In this document: one piece after another, positions 1 to 13,467 of the stretch | Numbering within the stretch: position 1 is the first letter of the stretch | Layout of the letters: each line of letters opens with the position of its first letter | Assembly (NCBI GenBank): GCA_951406725.2 | Contig: OX597836.1 | Coordinates: 27,900,001-27,964,000, forward strand | Origin: Octopus vulgaris | Lineage: Eukaryota | Length of the DNA: 64,000 nt | Direction of reading: 5' to 3' | Notes under the pieces: generated by a model | Database searches by the model: none | Seen by the model: only the letters and a program-made list of their open reading frames with translations | What the model was told of the DNA's origin: nothing | Made by a program: the position numbers and the translations under genes

Positions 1-265
1 AAGGAGTTATAGGAAATTTCATCGTAAACATTTTTGCGGTTGGTAAAATTCGCCGTAGGAAATTCCATTTTAAATAACCTCATCACGTTTTTTTTATGTT
101 TGATGTGGAATAAGGATTTGCCTATTTAATACATTTTTCAGTTTTTTTTTTGTATATTTTAAAAAATACTGATATTTTATAGACACAGGCGTGACTGTGT
201 GGTAAGAAGCTTTTTCCAAACCGTATGGTCCCGGGTTCAGTCCTACTGCGTGACACCTTGGGCAA

Positions 266-298
<33 letters not shown>

Positions 299-300
<2 letters not shown>

Positions 301-718
301 CATAGGAGTTGTTGTGTGGTAAGTAGCTTGCTTATCAACCACATGGTTCCGGATTCAGTCCCACTGCGTGGCACCTTGTGCAAGTGTCTTCTACTATAGC
401 CTCGGGCAGACCAAATCCTCGCGAGTGGATTTGGTAGACGGAAACTAAAAGAAGCCTGTCGTATACATGTATGTGTGTGTATGTGTGTGTATATGTTTGT
501 GTGTCTGTGTTTGTGTGTCTGTGCTTGTGCCCCTACCCCATCACCGCTTGTCCCCGTAACTTAGCGGTTCGCCAAAAGCAACCGACAAAGTAAAGTACAA
601 GGCTTTAATTTTAAAAAATGACTTCTGGGGTCGATTTGTTTGACTAAAACCCTTCAAGGTGGTACTCCAGCATGGCCGCAGTCAAACGACTGAAACAAAT
701 AAAAGAACAAAAGAATAA
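299..718 (+). mobile_element. tRNA-derived SINE family A (CORE-like segment), near full length
   Basis: tRNA-like head, CACCTTG(G/T)GCAAGTG, internal (TG)n and a CTCCAGCATGGCCGCAGTC...AAAAGA tail. Other copies: 185-269, 24750-24825, 29660-29790, 37828-37975, 44660-44845, 47960-48285, 50365-50520, 60560-60690, 61155-61375. Confidence 0.88.
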
Positions 719-1439
719 ACGAATGCACTTTAGTCTTGTCCATACGGCAAATTTGTGACACGGCGAAGTTGTCTCATGGCGAATCTTCATTCCGATTGGG
801 CGAAATTTTCTTTGGCGAATTTTCCGGACTCGGTCGGAAGGGAATATTCTTACGATTCTCGCAGGCAATCCCAGATAGATGAGATTCAATAAAGTAGCTG
901 TTTTATCTGAATAGAAGTTGTTAGATACTAATTTTATAACTATGAAGAATTTATATCACAGAAGACGTGTCCAAATGTTCCATAAGATTGGTTTTAGCAG
1001 TTTTATATCATGCATTGTCGATTAATGGTTTCATTGCTTAAAGACTTCCGACGTAACGATTACCGGATCCCAGAGCTTTGAATAATTAGCAGAGAGAAAT
1101 GTCTGGCCGATTCGTGGTCATTACAAGGAAGAAACTATTTTATCGTATGTATTTATGTATGCATGTATGTAGGCATACGGCGAATTTCAATACAGTTTCT
1201 GGCTACAAAATTCCATTCTCAAAATACCGAGCACCTCTGCCCTATGCTAGAACACATTGGTCAAAGTGAGACGCATGGAGAACGAACTTCATACTGCAGG
1301 ATTACAATATGAACTTCTGAAAAATGCAGCCGAGCTACTGCTCTGCAACACGTCAAAACAGTTCCTTCATTCTGGTATTCATCCATTTCATAGCTTATCT
1401 CAAGAATTCAGAATATATCTGAATCCGCTATCAGATTCT

Positions 1440-2530
1440 ACAGTTCTATATTTAAGAGATGAGGAATTATGTACGTTATTTACATTCGACGGATATTTGT
1501 CCTCATCTTGTTCTTAACACAACGTTTCGGCTGATATACCTTCAGGTGTGTTCGGGAAATTTCGAACCTGGTTGATCCTGCCAGTAGTCATATGCTTATC
1601 TCAAAGATTAAGCCATGCAAGTGTAAGTTCATGCCGTAAACGAATGGTATTTTTCGATATTATTATCATTATTATTATTATTATTATTACTTGGAATCGA
1701 ACTTGGAATCTTGGGGTTAGTAGCCCGCGCTCTTAACATACGCCATATGTCCGTGGGTAATTTTAGGGTTTATAAATCTAATATTTTTCTATCTTTCCTT
1801 ATTACCTGTTTCCATATGCTGCTCATATCTGCACACGGTCTGCTTAGGAGGTTGTTGAGTCCTAGCATATGTACTGCTTCTTTTAGTTTTCGTATTTTCC
1901 AGTGGTGTTCTCTTTCTATTATTTTAACTTCCATACATGATCAGCTATACCCGATTTATATCGATTATCTCCTCGTGTCACAGTTTTGCGGTGATCGTCT
2001 ACCCTTATTTTAAGGGGGCGGCATGTTTCGCCTTGTATAACCTACCACAGCTGCATGGGATGGAGTACATGCAGTCTTTGGTCATATTCTCTTCTATTGG
2101 TGGTTTTACCCGAAGGAGATATTTGCGAAGTGTTGCATTACTCTTGAATACTGTCCTGATGTCATATGGGCCGCATATCTTTTGTATCTTTTCGGAGAGG
2201 CCTTTCACATAGGGTAGACAGACTGTGGACAGTTTATTAGCCTCATCCTCTCTCTTCTTCATAAATGGAGGGAATAGTATACTTTGGGGGGTAATTGTTG
2301 CTTAACAGGTCGTTTTTGAGCTTGATCATTTCTTCGTTGTGCGTATTACGATCGCTACTTATATTTTGTGCACGATGATTTAGGCACTCAGCTCTCCCTC
2401 TCTTTACACTGTATGGATGGTGGGAATTGAAGTTGAGGTATCGTCCAGTAAAGGTCGGCTTGCGGTGTACAGATGTCCTGAATCCATACTTGGTGCGTGT
2501 TATTAATACGTCCAGGAATACCAGCTGATA
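1440..2530 (-). mobile_element. Penelope-like retroelement, 3' fragment (RT C-terminus, GIY-YIG, 3' terminal region)
   Basis: The minus strand encodes FLDVLITRT..FRTSVHRKPTFTGRYLNFNSHHP (RT C-term), LPYVKGLSEKI and MYSIPCSCGRLY (GIY-YIG), with frameshifts. The tail contains a decayed hammerhead-like CCTGAAGG...CCGAAACG near 1523-1546. Confidence 0.85.
1565..1631 (+). pseudogene. 5'-terminal fragment of 18S rRNA (dispersed, non-functional)
   Basis: AACCTGGTTGATCCTGCCAGTAGTCATATGCTTATCTCAAAGATTAAGCCATGCA matches the universal eukaryotic SSU rRNA 5' end. Similarity stops after about 65 nt. Confidence 0.9.
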
Positions 2531-2955
2531 GTTTGTTTTTTTTTCCCCGCTATCAGATTCTGAAGCAGTTTTTTGACAGCTGCAGTTTAGACTTTCAGTA
2601 TTTTCATGGGTTGAAATCGTAATTGTCCGTTGTTCCTTGCCCCAAATTAGCTGCCGTGAACCATTCTATCGTTAATCCATTTTTCTTTTCTTCTGTCCAC
2701 AAGTATATTATACAGAAGTATAGATGTAACACGATGTCATACATATTCCCATCTATATACATAAAATTGGCTGGCTCTTCAGAAAGCACAGCACAAGACA
2801 TAGCACAATATTTCATACATTTCTCAGTTTCACTTACAATCACAACACACGTAGAAATAAATTAACGAAATATTTATATTTGGGTATATATTTTTGTTAA
2901 TGCAGTTGCTTCTGTTTTCGTCTCGTTATGGATTTATTTTTGGTGCTTTATTTAT

Positions 2956-3885
2956 TTAAGTCCATGATAGATTCCTCTTTATGAGCTGGAAAAACATATC
3001 GTTATATGGCTTAAAGTATTTAGTCATTTCTTTTGCTATTACCTTGCTTGTGCTTACGTTTCGGTGACCCTTATTTGGTGGCAAACATTTCGATTCAGAG
3101 TTTATTAACAAACAGTAGAACCCCCTGGTGTTATTATATATAAAGTTGTCCCTGGAAATTAACCTCTTTAGACCGAGAAAATCTTGAACTTTGAGCAGCT
3201 CTTCTTGCGGATCTACAATCAGTTTGCTACCGTCTGCTACGTGAATCTGGTTTAGTGGAAAATATTGCAACCAGCGGATGAGATAGCGATAATAGACCGA
3301 TTTGGCGATGGGGTAATATCCTACGTTCAGTTTCTGGGTTTTATCGTCGTAAACGATCTCTTCAAACGAATGTTTTGCTTCTTTCCCGCTGTGGTGAGTT
3401 CGTCGGTGGATGTATTCCGATATAGAACGATCCACAGGATTTTTAACAATCAGAATCAACTTGATAGTTCTATTCATTTTATGTATCCGAAATGGTGCTT
3501 TGTCACTATAGAAATATTCCGGTGATTTTTCCATTGTGATCTGGTCTGGACAAGATAAAGGCATTTTTTCCACGTAGTAGTTCATCCCTTTCTGGTAATT
3601 ATCATCTCTGTGGAAAAATTTCGGTTCTCCCTCGGCTACGGCAACAGCAGGGTGCACCCCAATAAACTCAAGTAATGCTTTCGTACCCGACTTCGGTGTA
3701 CCTATAATAATACAACTGGGTAGCCGTTGCCTCGCATCACAATTCATGAGTTTCTGGTTCGTGTAGGCTGGAGTCAACTTGCCCTGGGGAAACACTTGGG
3801 AAAAATGGGAAAATAATCCCAACAGCAAACAGAGCAAGATGACTGTCGGTAAAATATAGACGTTTCGAAGCCGAAGATTCATCAT
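2956..3885 (-). CDS. Heparan sulfate glucosamine 3-O-sulfotransferase-like protein (HS3ST1/HS3ST5-like), paralog A, 309 aa, single coding exon
   Basis: Intact ORF with an N-terminal hydrophobic anchor (ILPTVILLCLLLGLF). Contains RLPSCIIIGTPKSGTKALL (5'-PSB loop), EPKFF (catalytic Glu), EKSPEY, LIVKNPVDRSISEY (3'-PB), WLQYFPLNQIHVADG and GFYC-x8-C-x4-KG, and ends in WT. This is collinear with the HS3ST family. Confidence 0.93.
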   Translation of the reverse strand: MMNLRLRNVYILPTVILLCLLLGLFSHFSQVFPQGKLTPAYTNQKLMNCDARQRLPSCIIIGTPKSGTKALLEFIGVHPAVAVAEGEPKFFHRDDNYQKGMNYYVEKMPLSCPDQITMEKSPEYFYSDKAPFRIHKMNRTIKLILIVKNPVDRSISEYIHRRTHHSGKEAKHSFEEIVYDDKTQKLNVGYYPIAKSVYYRYLIRWLQYFPLNQIHVADGSKLIVDPQEELLKVQDFLGLKRLISRDNFIYNNTRGFYCLLINSESKCLPPNKGHRNVSTSKVIAKEMTKYFKPYNDMFFQLIKRNLSWT

Positions 3886-3924
3886 ACTCCGTAACCTTGA
3901 AATCAGGTCGTTCCGATAGAGTTT

Positions 3925-3974
3925 CTGAAATTAGACAAAAACAAAGCAATCAAAAACAGAGAAAAAAAAAACTG

Positions 3975-3975
<1 letters not shown>
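3925..3975 (-). promoter_or_regulatory. Splice acceptor of a 5'-UTR intron of paralog A
   Basis: The minus strand has a polypyrimidine tract followed by TGTCTAATTTCAG|AAA, 39 nt upstream of the ATG. The same 13-mer precedes paralog B. Confidence 0.75.
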
Positions 3976-4010
<35 letters not shown>

Positions 4011-4099
4011 ATGTGTGTGTATACATATATATATATATGTATATATATATGTGTATATATATATATGTATATATATGTATAGATATATATGTATGTATG

Positions 4100-4172
<73 letters not shown>

Positions 4173-4179
4173 ATATGTG

Positions 4180-4261
<82 letters not shown>

Positions 4262-5715
4262 ACACACACACACATATGTATATCATTTGAATAAGCACAT
4301 GAAATATGGGGTAATTAATATATACGTAGTAGAATTCATATATTCATTCGAAGCCGATGATTCACTCCATTCAGTTTCATATCAAGTAAGCAAATAAACA
4401 AAACTGAAAAAGTGAGAATGCTATAACTAATAGTGAATAGCAGTATATATTGGCTGAAATCATATAACCTTGGTTATAAAGGTTTTGTTAAAAGTAGGGT
4501 TAAACCAAATCATATTTTTTCTGGCGCAGGATATTTGGTGTTTATGGTGGATGAGTTATACATTATTGTGTTTTTAAAGTAGCAGTGTGAGATTACTTAA
4601 TACTGCATGTTTGTGCTTTGCGAAACTTTGTGCCGTCAGAAACGAGACTGTTTGTGCCTGTATTTATTGCAGGTTTGTATTTGTTTAATAATATTTGTGG
4701 GGTTGTTGGAATCTGAATGCATTTTAGAGTTTGAACGTTATGATTTATTTAGCGTCTGTAATTGTGTATGAGGTTGATGTCATGTTGGCTTTTATTTCGT
4801 AGATAAACTTAAAACAGAGGAAAAGAGAGACAGGCAAATATGATTCGTTTATTAAAAGGATTACAGCTTACAGCCCAGATAGATAGAAAGAAAAGAAAGG
4901 AGAAATAGTTTGATATCAACAAAAGCGAAAATAAAACATCTGCAGAAAAGTAAAATAAAACCATATAAATTAAAGTTGGCTGAAAAAGAAGAAAGGAAAA
5001 TAAATTAGAGACAAAACGAAAGAGTAAAATGTGTATGAGCGCGGCAGACATTTGTCGAAATGCAAAATATAATGGCGGACATATCGTTTTGTAAAAGCGT
5101 AGCAAATAGTTTTGTCTGTGTAATTATGTGCCCATCAGTAAATTCAAGTCATCATTATTTTAGTATAATAATAATAGGAACAATAACTTGTCTGCTAAAA
5201 GAATATGGCAAGTCAACTTGTTTCTATTATTACCGAGGCTCAACGTATACGCTGAATTAAACATTAATCAAGATATTTTAAAGGGTTTTCTCTCACAAGC
5301 GCTTTTCTCACTTTCACAATATATCTGTATAGACCTGTTGCAAATCTGCTATCTAGGTTGACAAAAAAGTGTCTATGCAAGTAATTTCTTGTCTTGAATT
5401 GGTCTACTATTCTTTCGTTCCATCTAGGCGTTACGTGCACTTACAGGCGTGTAAGGTGGAACAATTCTCGTTGTTTTACATTATTACCATTAATGGAATC
5501 AACAGAGCTAACGTAGTTTTTACAAGTGTAGAACATTTTATCACCGTTTCTACTAAATATTTTGTAATATTTATGTATTCGTGTAGAATACAATAAGAAT
5601 CATTAAGGAATTTATTCACTATATTTATGATCGTTAAGCGTGCTATAAGGTGAGCAGGGTAGCCAGAAAACAACGTATCACTGAAGTGTGAGGGTTAATT
5701 TTAGCGTCTAGATTA

Positions 5716-5771
<56 letters not shown>

Positions 5772-5779
5772 TATGTATG

Positions 5780-5829
<50 letters not shown>

Positions 5830-5907
5830 CATACACATATATATATATACATATATATATATACATATATATATACGATCCATACATACATACACACATA
5901 CATACAT

Positions 5908-5975
<68 letters not shown>

Positions 5976-6738
5976 TATGTCAGTCTGCATGAGAGCGAGA
6001 GGAGGGTTCGAAATAAAACGACGCCATTCATTGTTTGCAGTTTACTGCAAAAATGAATGGCGTCGCATATTAGATGAGTCTTCAAGGACGAATAGACATT
6101 ACAGGTCGAAAATATTGTTTTAGTGCAGATTTTATTGTGTGGTTAATATATATACACATGTGAACAGGGAGAGAGGGGGAGAGAAAGAGAGAGAGAGAGT
6201 GATCATGTATTAAGCTAGTACGTAGCTCGTTGTTTTGTGTGTCCCGAATAAGTAAAACTTTGTATCTTCGAATTATAGGTATATATTCAACAAAGAATCG
6301 AATAAAAGAAGGTAAAATAATATTGAAATAAAAGAAACAGTTAATAGACAAGATGACACGTTGGGTTTTTCACTGTTTTTATTTCTATATACAACATTAT
6401 TTACAAGAAAATACAGGATCGAAGTTTTGACAATCAATGTCTGTGTATACAATTATTTCCGTGTTTCAGTGAATTTTACGTTCCCTTAACTGGGATACCT
6501 CTTGGTATAGTAAGTTGGCTTTGACCAGTAATGATGTTTACGTGTGATGGATCTCCAATTACTGTGTGCAACATACAACTGACTATGTATGACCATGTTC
6601 GAACATGGTCAGTTAGGGTTAAGGTTGGGCTTAGTATTGTAAAGAAAAAGTAACTTTTTTTAAATTAAGCAAAGAAAAACGAATATTTACTCGTACGTTT
6701 TCTTAAGAAAAATTTAAAGAAAGAAGAGTACCATCCAA

Positions 6739-7095
6739 GCATGACTATTGCCAGTGCGGCTAACTGGCTTCCATGCTGGTAGCATATAAAAGGCACCATT
6801 CGAGCGTGATCGTTGCCGACATCACCTTGCTGGTGCCCTCTCCGGTGGCATGTGTAAAAGGATTCGAGATACGTCGTTGCCAGTGCCGCCTGACTGACCC
6901 CCATGCCGGTGGCACGTTAAAGCACCCACTATACTCTCGGAGTGGTTGGCGTTAGGAAGGACATCCAGCTATAGAAACTCTGCCAGACCAAGATTGAAGC
7001 CTGGTGCAGCCATCTGGTTCGCCAGACCTCAGTCAAACCGTCCAACCCATGCTAGCATGGAAAGCGGACGTTAAACGATGATGATGATGATGATG
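6739..7095 (+). mobile_element. RTE-derived non-autonomous retroposon (3' part) with internal tandem repeats
   Basis: Internal repeats TTGCCAGTG..GGTGGCA..TAAAA, the RTE 5'UTR-like GGTTGGCGTTAGGAAGGACATCCAG, and a tail GGACGTTAAACGATG(ATG)n. Confidence 0.7.
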
Positions 7096-8229
7096 AAGAT
7101 TCATAAGTTTCTTTTTTCCATTTTGTTATAAACTTACTTCCTTGATGAATTCTTTTGGTTATGGAAGTGATAACTTAATGTCTTTAACGGTCGTGTTAAG
7201 ATGTTTGTGTGTGTATAAATGAGTAGAAACACGTATGCATACATACATACTTGCATGGATGCATACGGACATATATACCGAAGAAAAGAGAGACAGAGAA
7301 AAAGTAAGTAGTTGTGAACCAACAAACCGGAAATTATCTTTACAGATAGACAGATTTCACAAAATTTATAATAATGGCTATATTGTATACTGGAATGTCA
7401 CTCATCATATGTCGAATAACGTTCGAAAGTATACATTTGCCACCAGGAATAATATGGCATCAATACAATAATCATACTTTTTACTTTCATCAAACTCGCC
7501 GCTCTTTTTACTTTCTTTTCTTTTCTCAAGCTAATTTCCGTTGTTTTTCTTGCTTTGTTGCTTCAATTTTGTGGTTTCATGAAACAATTACTTTAAAACA
7601 TATTACAAATACCCTTAATGACGTTCGTTTCACTCGATAAAACGGCGCGAGTATTGTAAATTAATGTGTTTGTTTACAGGTGGTATATAAGTTGCTTAAA
7701 TATACGTTTAATTGTTAATAAATCGGTAATTATTAGTAATTGAAAAACGAAAACAAATTTTAAAACGCGGATAATATCTTTACCAGTGATATTTTTCGCT
7801 ACATTTCTTATTTAGTATTCGACAATACGAGAATTTAATATGCTATAACAATATATCGGCTGCACATAATCACGTGATATTCTGGCTTCTTTTGTCAAAT
7901 ATGTTACACAGGGACATTACGGAAGCCCAGAAAATCTACAGAAATGCTGAAGTATGGTTATTTAGCTTAAATTTTAGTAATCATATGTCTCATTTACACT
8001 ACGTGTTTGGAAGCACCAAATATCTACAAAATTTCAATTTTAATTTTTGCACACTACTGACTTCATAAATAAATAAATAAAGAAAGAAAGAAATAATAAA
8101 CCTCGTAATGCGCTCTTAGCTCCAAAACTTCTTGTTGTTGGCTACTACCTCTTAATTCCATCTCCCAGAGTAATCCAATCGTATGGATATACACGTGGAA
8201 CTCCTTTCAGCTTAGGATAACCCTAACAC

Positions 8230-8820
<591 letters not shown>

Positions 8821-9204
8821 GAACAACATGAGGATGGTAATTCATAAACTGTCTTAATGCATCGCAACATATACTTCTACACTGCACAACACATCAGGTT
8901 ACAATTTTTCATATTCATATAACATTAGTTACGATTAGTCTTAATAGTTATGTTTTTGAATGTTTTCTTAGCTCTGTTTCAAGTGCGAGTGCTTCCTCAT
9001 GCAATGCAATGCCATAGGAAGCCTCTGCACTAGAAATGGACCCCGAGGGAGCACCTGTACTGGAAATGGAGCTAAGAAGGTATTTAAATCCATAATTATT
9101 AAGAGTAATTTTGAGTAATATATTAATATGAAAAAGGTGTGCGGCACAGAAACATATGCTGCGATATGAATTTCCATCCTCATTTTATTATCGTTATTAT
9201 ATTT

Positions 9205-9235
<31 letters not shown>

Positions 9236-9242
9236 CACACAT

Positions 9243-9286
<44 letters not shown>

Positions 9287-9614
9287 ATGTATGTATGTTT
9301 GTAGGTATGTATGTATGTATGTATGTATGTGTATATATACGTACATACATACTTTCACGCGCGCACACGCACACATACCACACACACACACATATATATA
9401 TTAATGACTAGTATAAGATGTGGATTGGGAGAATCGTGTGGCTATCACAGAAAGCTCCTCTAGCGGACTTGGCTAGCATGCTTACATCGTTAGCCAATAC
9501 AGAGGAGTATAACGCAGAAATCCTTGCACCTAAAATCTAGATCAGATTGATGAAATTATTTCATAGAAACTATATAAACAACACCACTCATAACCTCCTC
9601 ACTTCTTATGGTTC

Positions 9615-9670
<56 letters not shown>

Positions 9671-9780
9671 GTGTGTGAGTGAGTGTGTGTGTGTGTGTAC
9701 AGAAACAACTGGAAGCTAATGAACTCCATTGCATAATTTCCTGTTCTTGTGTCATTTATTTAATTATATATATATATATT

Positions 9781-10410
9781 GCATCCAGTTTCCCCTCCTT
9801 TTCCACCTCTCTACCTTACCCCTTCGTTGGAAGATCCTGCGGGCCTTCCGTCACCTCTAGCTAGATCCTACCGTACTCCCTATTTCCCCCGACCCACCCT
9901 TGCCTTCTCTCAAACACTCCCGTAACCTATGCGATCTACTGTTCCGTAGCTCCCTCCCCCTCTATTCCAGCCCAACCCGGATCCTTCCCTTTGTCCAGAC
10001 CCCGTTATCACACCTGTCCTTTCATCAGCAACACCACCTCCTTCACTGGATCCAACCAACACACCCTGTACATTAGCAACCCCTTCTCCTGCACTTCTTC
10101 AAGCCTCATTTACTGCATCAGGTGCAATCTTTGCAATAAACTTTACATTGGTCAAATGGGCCACCGCTTAACCGACCGCTTCACAGAATACCTACGAGAC
10201 GTTCGTCTACGTAAAAAGAGCCCCGTCGCCCGTCATTTTCGCTTGGCCAATCACTCCCCCTCACAATTCACCGTCTTCGGCCTTGCCCTACACTATGGAT
10301 CCACCAACTCTAGACTCCGCCTAGAACAGCGTTACATTTTCACTCTACGTAATCAAACACCTTTCGGACTCAACACATCTTTTCTCAGTGACTTTCTCCA
10401 CACCCCTTCC
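9781..10410 (+). mobile_element. Penelope-like element, GIY-YIG endonuclease fragment
   Basis: ORF 9991-10413 reads FSCTSSSLIYCIRCNLCNKLYIGQ..RLTDRF.E..PVARHF...RLRLEQRYIFTL..QTPFGLN, the typical PLE GIY-YIG C-terminus. Confidence 0.88.
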
Positions 10411-12126
10411 TAAAACATTTTATTCTATCTTATTCGTTTTTAAAACTTTTTTATTACTATTTTTTATTTATTTCTGTTACTGTTTTTGTCTCTTACGGAA
10501 TCAATTTTTGTTACTGATTTTTTATATATTTCTGTTGTTGATTTATTCAATAATCTTTCTCATTAATCTTTTATTATTACTAATTTTTATTTTTTATTAT
10601 CTATTGCCTTATTGTTTATATTCCTATACCACACACAACACGCACCACACACACACACACAACACGCATCACACACACACACAAATACACCCGTGCTCGC
10701 CCCTTATACACACACACACAAATACACCCGTGCCCCCCACACTCACACACATTTCCACACACGCACTCCTACACAAGCACACACACACCTGCACGCATAA
10801 TATCACACCCTTGGCTACAACAACGCACACGCATTCCCATTTCTTTATTACCCACAAGGCGCTAAACATAGAAGGGACAAACAAGGACAGACAAACGGAT
10901 TAAGTCGATTACATCGACCCCAGTGCGTAACTGGTACTTAATTTATCGACCCCGAAAGGATGAAAGGTAAAGTCGACCTCGGCGGAATTTGAACTCACAA
11001 CGTAACGGCAGACGAAACACCGCTAAGCATTTCGCCCGACGTGCTAACGTTTCTGCCAGCTCCACCTCACACACTCCACCTCACCCCGATATCCCTCTCA
11101 TGCACGCATACATACACACATGTACACAGACGCGCGCACACAAATAAACGCACATATACCTTCACGTACACAACCTTCCACACACAGCCCTCCGGACACA
11201 GAACACACACACAGCGCACACACGCATGCACACATATACATGTACTACGTACACTATCACACACACTCACATGCACATTGATATATACACACACATCCCC
11301 ACACGCACACACGTACACACACACATGTATATGTACAGAGAGACGAGCAGAGTGACACAGAGAGACACACACGCACCCATACACCTGCAAACACATACAC
11401 ACATGCACACATTCCCACTCACGTCAACACACACACACAGCCACACCCACCCATTCACACACCATTCATACCCTTTTCAGAGCAACATTAACACATGCAC
11501 ACAGATCCTACCACACACACACACACACAGACTACTCACACACAAACACAGTTAATAACACACACACTACCACACGCATACACGTATAAAACAGACTGAC
11601 ACACACACACACTACCACACGCACACACGTATAAAACAGACTGACACACACACACTACCACACGCACACACGTATAAAACAGACAGACACACACACACAA
11701 GAGACGCACACGCAAAAGACACACACAGTTACCACCACACGCACACACGGTACCACGCACACACATACATATGCACACACGTTACGCTACCACAAACACA
11801 CACTCTCTCACACACATACACTACTTCACATACATACCGACTATCTTCACACTCTCCTGTCCCAGAAAGCACTTTCTCTTTCTCCTTTTACTTCCGGTCA
11901 CTTCAGAAATGTAACCACACATGAACATTTGGCGATTTTTCTTTCTGCTTTCCCTTTGGTCTTTTCCTGTTTTTTCCACTTACCGACGATGAGCTGCGCT
12001 CGAAACGTAGAACAACAACTATCTTCCTTCATCGAGCGCCATATTAATACAGTACTTGTGATAATTCCTCACGCTCATTTGTTTGTTTTTTTCTTTTGTT
12101 CTGTCTTTTTGAATTGATTATATATG

Positions 12127-12204
<78 letters not shown>

Positions 12205-12480
12205 CATATATATATATAAACAAAGTCAAAATGCGATAAAATAAAATTAATTATTATCGCCGGTGATCTAGCACAGGCCATATATTATTCATATATAAGT
12301 ACATTAAAAGGCTTCTAAAAGAAGAAGTGTGTACTAGATACACAAAAGCTGGATAAATGTAGTGAAATGAAAATTAAAAACGTTTACAAACTTGGTTCAT
12401 CTTATACTGCAGTTTCGTCTTTTTCAGCAATAAATATAATTTATTTACTCAGGCAGATTCATCAATGTATGTATGTATGT

Positions 12481-12858
12481 GGAGGCGCAATGCCCTGTGG
12501 TTAGGGCAGCGGACTTGTGGTCATGAGATCGCGGTTTCGATTCCCAGGCCGGGCATTGTGAATGTTTATTGTGCGAAAACACCTAAAGCTCCACGAAACC
12601 CAAGCATGGGGTGGTGACGAACCACGATGTACTCTTTCACCACAACTTTCTCTCACTCTTTCTTTCTATTTCTGTTGTACCTGTATTTCAAAGGTCCAGC
12701 CTCGTCACAAACTGTGTCACGCTGAATCTCCTCGAGAACTACATTTAGCGTACACGTGTCTGTGGAGTACTCATCCACTTGCTCGTTAATTTCACGAGTA
12801 GGTTGTTCCGTTGATCGAATAAACTGGAACCCGCGTCGTCGTAAACGACGGAATGCCT
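12481..12858 (+). mobile_element. tRNA-derived SINE family C, full length, with (TATG)n tail
   Basis: Head GGAGGCGCAATG..GTGGTTAGGGCAGCGGACT...GGTTTCGATTCCC (A and B boxes), inserted in a (TATG)n array. Confidence 0.8.
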
Positions 12859-13408
12859 CGATGTATGTATGTATGTATGTATGTATGTATGTATGTATGT
12901 ATGTATGTATGTATGTATGTATGTATGTATGTATGTATGTATATCAAAGATGGAACAAAGATGAAAATAATGATATAATTATAGCATGAGGTTAATATCG
13001 CTTACAATTGTTTCTGTACAGCTTTGCATCGAACTACATTACACGTAGACGATTATGTAGTGTTCAAATAGTGACGAACAGTACCTTTTCAGACGCTTAC
13101 CGAACTCAGCTATTGTGCAAGAGAAGTGAAGAGAATATTTTCCGTTGATTCTATATTCAGACGAACCAAGATGAAAAGAATATTACAAATTATAATACAA
13201 TTGACAGAGATAAGGAACAACAGTAATGATAGTAGAAATAATAATGATAACAATAATAATAAATATTATTTTTATTATTTTCTCTTTTTCGCAAGTTTTG
13301 TTGGAGCCCCTGGAGCATTGCATGCGTAGCGGGCTTGCTACCTGCTGCCTACGGTACCATGCTATTCGTTCTTTTCAGCTATCTTATACTTTTTTAATTA
13401 TTCTGGCT

Positions 13409-13467
<59 letters not shown>

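Noticed and set aside
299-370. tRNA genes (also 12481, 19686, 50753, 56597 and others)
   Set aside because: The A/B boxes continue into repeated SINE bodies and no complete cloverleaf is evident.
1565-1631. Functional 18S rRNA gene
   Set aside because: Only about 65 nt are present, with no remaining 18S, ITS or 28S.
9547-9575. Hammerhead-like TTGATGA..GAAAC (also weak ones near 20013-20050 and 57775-57800)
   Set aside because: No convincing stem II or 5' core; too degenerate to count.
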